Below are positions 36,008 through 38,587 of a stretch of 38,587 nt of DNA, piece after piece (position 1 is the first letter of the stretch; the number at the start of each line of letters is the position of its first letter). Source of the DNA: Basidioascus undulatus (Eukaryota). The notes beneath the pieces are model-generated. The model saw only the letters and a list, made by a program, of their open reading frames with translations. It searched no databases and was not told the DNA's origin. Location: contig JTLS01000041.1 of assembly GCA_000826855.1 (NCBI GenBank), positions 1 through 38,587 on the forward strand, in the 5' to 3' direction. The translations under genes were made by a program, and so were the position numbers.

Positions 36008-36066
36008 GACCAAGTCTGACCAAGTACTGTCAGTACTTGGTGTACCCTGACAGTACTTGGTGTACC
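36008..36066. repeat. Nested inverted and direct repeat cluster between the convergent TFC1 and YRB1 3' ends
   Basis: CCAAGTACTGTCAG (36020-36033) is the exact reverse complement of 36047-36060. CAGTACTTGGTGTACC occurs at 36031-36046 and 36051-36066. Confidence 0.8.
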
Positions 36067-36496
36067 AAGCAACAAGCACCTTCGTTCGTGCACGCTTCCT
36101 GGCCAGTACTGATGCTGACACTGTAAGCCGTGCTTGCCATTCACTCAAGAGTTCTCTTCTCAGATCCACCAATTGTACGCTTTTCTTGTGCTCAGAGGCT
36201 CATAAAGAACCGCGAACGTGGGAACAAATGAAGGTGATGCGTGAACTAAAGGTGTTGGCAATGCAGGTTTTATGTGGATTGCAGGTAAATGGCTAGCTAA
36301 TATGGGGGTGGGGCTGTAGCGGTCGTACATGAATTGATGAATTTCAGGGCGGGGGTTGTGCGAACTGTATGTGGATTGAACGGAAGCCGAAGGGGGGTTG
36401 CGAAGAAAGGGGGATAGTGGTAAGAACGAAGGGGGTCGTTTGGGCGTCGTCGTCGTGTTCGAGGCGTGAACCGAAAAGGGGGGAGGGAAGGACGAT

Positions 36497-37674
36497 TTAA
36501 GCGACGATGGCCTGTCGACATCGAGAGAGAGGGGAATTTGGTGAGTATCTGAAGAGAAGACAACGAAAAGTGAAGATGGACGGACCTCCTTCTCCTCCTT
36601 GGCCTCCTCCTTCTCCGTCTTGGGATTGCCCTTAACCTCCTCCTCCTTCGCGGGTGCCTCGGCAGCCTCCTCCGCCTTGACACCGCCGGCGGCGGACTCG
36701 TTGAGCTTCTGGCCCTCCTCGAACTTGTCCTTGAACGCCTGCGCATTCTCGGCGTTCGCGAAGCGGATCGCGAGCGTTTCGGCCGAGGTCTCGCCGTCGG
36801 AGATATCCGCCGCGACGGCCCACACCCAGGAGCGGTCGGAGCCGATGTTGGGGGAGAGCTTCATGTCGGGGGTGACTGGACGAAATCGAGGCGCATTTGT
36901 TAGTATAGAGGAGGTGGGCAGACGGAGAGGGAGGGGCAAGGGAAGGTAGGCAAGGGAATGACGACGGACGGTAGTGGTTCGCGCAAATCTTGAGCGTCTT
37001 GTCACGGCGCATGACAAGGCGGACCTTCTTGGACTCGCGGTGCTGGAGGATCCGGACGTCGCCGGTGCCACGCTCCTTCCACTCCGAGGTGTCCTTCGCG
37101 AAGCGGAACAGCTTGGCACGGCTGCAGGGTCCCACCGCCCACAGGTCAGCATCGGGAACCAAGAATGACGAAAGGGGAAGTGTGAGGTGATAAGGATGAG
37201 GGAAGAGGAAAGAGGAAAAGAGACGAACATCTTGAACAGCTCGTCCTCGTCCTCCTCGTTGGTCTTGGTCTCGACCGTCTCGGTCAGACGGACCACAGGC
37301 TCGTAGTGGGCCGTAGACTCCTCGTCGCCCTCGGTGACGCCGGAGGTGGTCGCGGGCTCAGCGGCGGGGGGAGCATCCTGGGTGGTGGCGGAGGGAGAAG
37401 AGCGAGGTCAGCATTACTAGGCGTGGCGGAAGCTGGGGAGGCTCAGGCTCGAGGAAGCGAGGTCGTCCAGTCTCCCAAACGGCCGCAACCCTCCATAGCG
37501 CCCTTCTCTCTCCAGCGGAGACTGTGTCCCCCAGCACAGTCTTGCAGTCCTGACAAACAACCAAACAACCGAACACCACACGCCTTCTCCCTACCGCTCG
37601 CTGCCCGCCCACGCACGACCGCCACGCCCGCGCCACGCAATGCACAATCGGCTCACCTTCGTAGGCTCAGACAT
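36497..37674 (-). CDS. YRB1: Ran-specific GTPase-activating protein 1 / RanBP1 (RanBD), multi-exon
   Basis: MSEPTK|...[98 protein letters not shown]; acidic tail. Confidence 0.95.
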
Positions 37675-38510
37675 TGTGATGAAAGTGGGCGGGTGTGCGG
37701 GGTGGAGTGGGACGAGGGTGAAATGTCAAAGAGCAGGAGAGCGGGTTGACGTGGAAAGTCAAAGATGAACCTCGACACCGCGTCTTGCGAGCGCTCGGGC
37801 GTTCAAACCCAGGCAAGCAGGCGCGCTATGGAATGTCGAAATGCCGATATAGACCTCAGCTGCCCTGGACCTTTCTATAGCTTTCTAATTGAACTCGGGT
37901 TACTTAAACAAGCATCTGAAAAATGCCACTTGAATGCACGTTATCTGGACGGCTCTCCTAAGGCTGACGCTTTATCAGGGACAGTACCCGTGAACATACT
38001 AACCCACACCGGCGTGCCTGCCCTGCGAGAGCGAAGAAACAGCGTGTTCTGTGCTTCATATTGTCGGTGCCATCCTTCATGATACCACAACTGTTACAAT
38101 GAAACGCCATGGAAGCTCCTCTGCGTTAGTAGATCGACTCATAACCCGGCCTGAAGAACGATGGCCCGTCGCTGTTATAGAATCCAAGATGACGATAAGC
38201 AGCTGGAACAGTATTCTTTTATTCTTGAACAAAATTTCAGACTATGTGACACATCAGTAAATCCACCTCAAGAGCTGAGCGCTTGGGGAAGTGTATCTTC
38301 GCGTAGCAGCGTTCATGTGGGGCAGGCTCTCATCCGAGCAGCCTCGACCCGAGCTTGCCATCCGCGGCCAATCACCAGGTGAGTTATGTCTATTTCTATC
38401 TTTAGTTCTAAAAGCATAAACAATTCCACCTCATTCCAGCTTATCTTCAAGGTTTTAGACGTCTCGGTTCTTCAGTTTTGAATTATAAATATTTTTTTTA
38501 CTAAAAATAA

Positions 38511-38587
38511 GGCGAGATGGCCGAGCGGTCTAAGGCGCCAGACTAAGGATCTGGTCCGAAAGGGCGTGGGTTCGAATCCCACTCTCG
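38511..38587 (+). tRNA. tRNA-Leu, anticodon AAG; last few bases lie outside the window
   Basis: GGCGAGA acceptor 5' strand, A box TGGCCGAGCGG, anticodon arm CCAGA-CT AAG GA-TCTGG, long variable arm, T-arm GTGGG-TTCGAAT-CCCAC. Confidence 0.95.

Noticed and set aside
36008..36066. CRISPR-like or prokaryotic terminator reading of the repeat cluster
   Set aside because: Eukaryotic context, only two units, no spacers and no cas genes.
33387..38587. TFIIIC subunit gene lying near a tRNA gene
   Set aside because: tRNA genes are dispersed in fungal genomes, so the proximity is not evidence of a functional link.

Overview
Eukaryotic, intron-rich DNA from a fungus, most likely a basidiomycete (GC-rich exons, many short GT-AG introns, micro-exons), so most ORFs in the six-frame track are spurious or partial exons. 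In order: mitochondrial ribosome-recycling EF-G2 (MEF2, runs off the left edge), vacuolar subtilisin-like protease (PRB1-like), a broken AA9 lytic polysaccharide monooxygenase (LPMO) gene, an uncharacterised processive-type GT2 glycosyltransferase, a gene-poor stretch with decayed sequence, tRNA-Val(UAC), a small hypothetical protein, an SV2-like MFS transporter, SCH9 kinase, RPL29, a Pho80/Pcl-type cyclin, an HSL-family esterase pseudogene, TFIIIC subunit TFC1, Ran-binding protein YRB1 and tRNA-Leu(AAG, cut by the right edge). The most unusual feature is the LPMO locus. Its promoter and 5' exons lie on the minus strand and its 3' exons on the plus strand, with an imperfect inverted repeat at both junctions, which implies an internal inversion of about 0.94 kb. 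Exon boundaries were read by eye and no database search was run.
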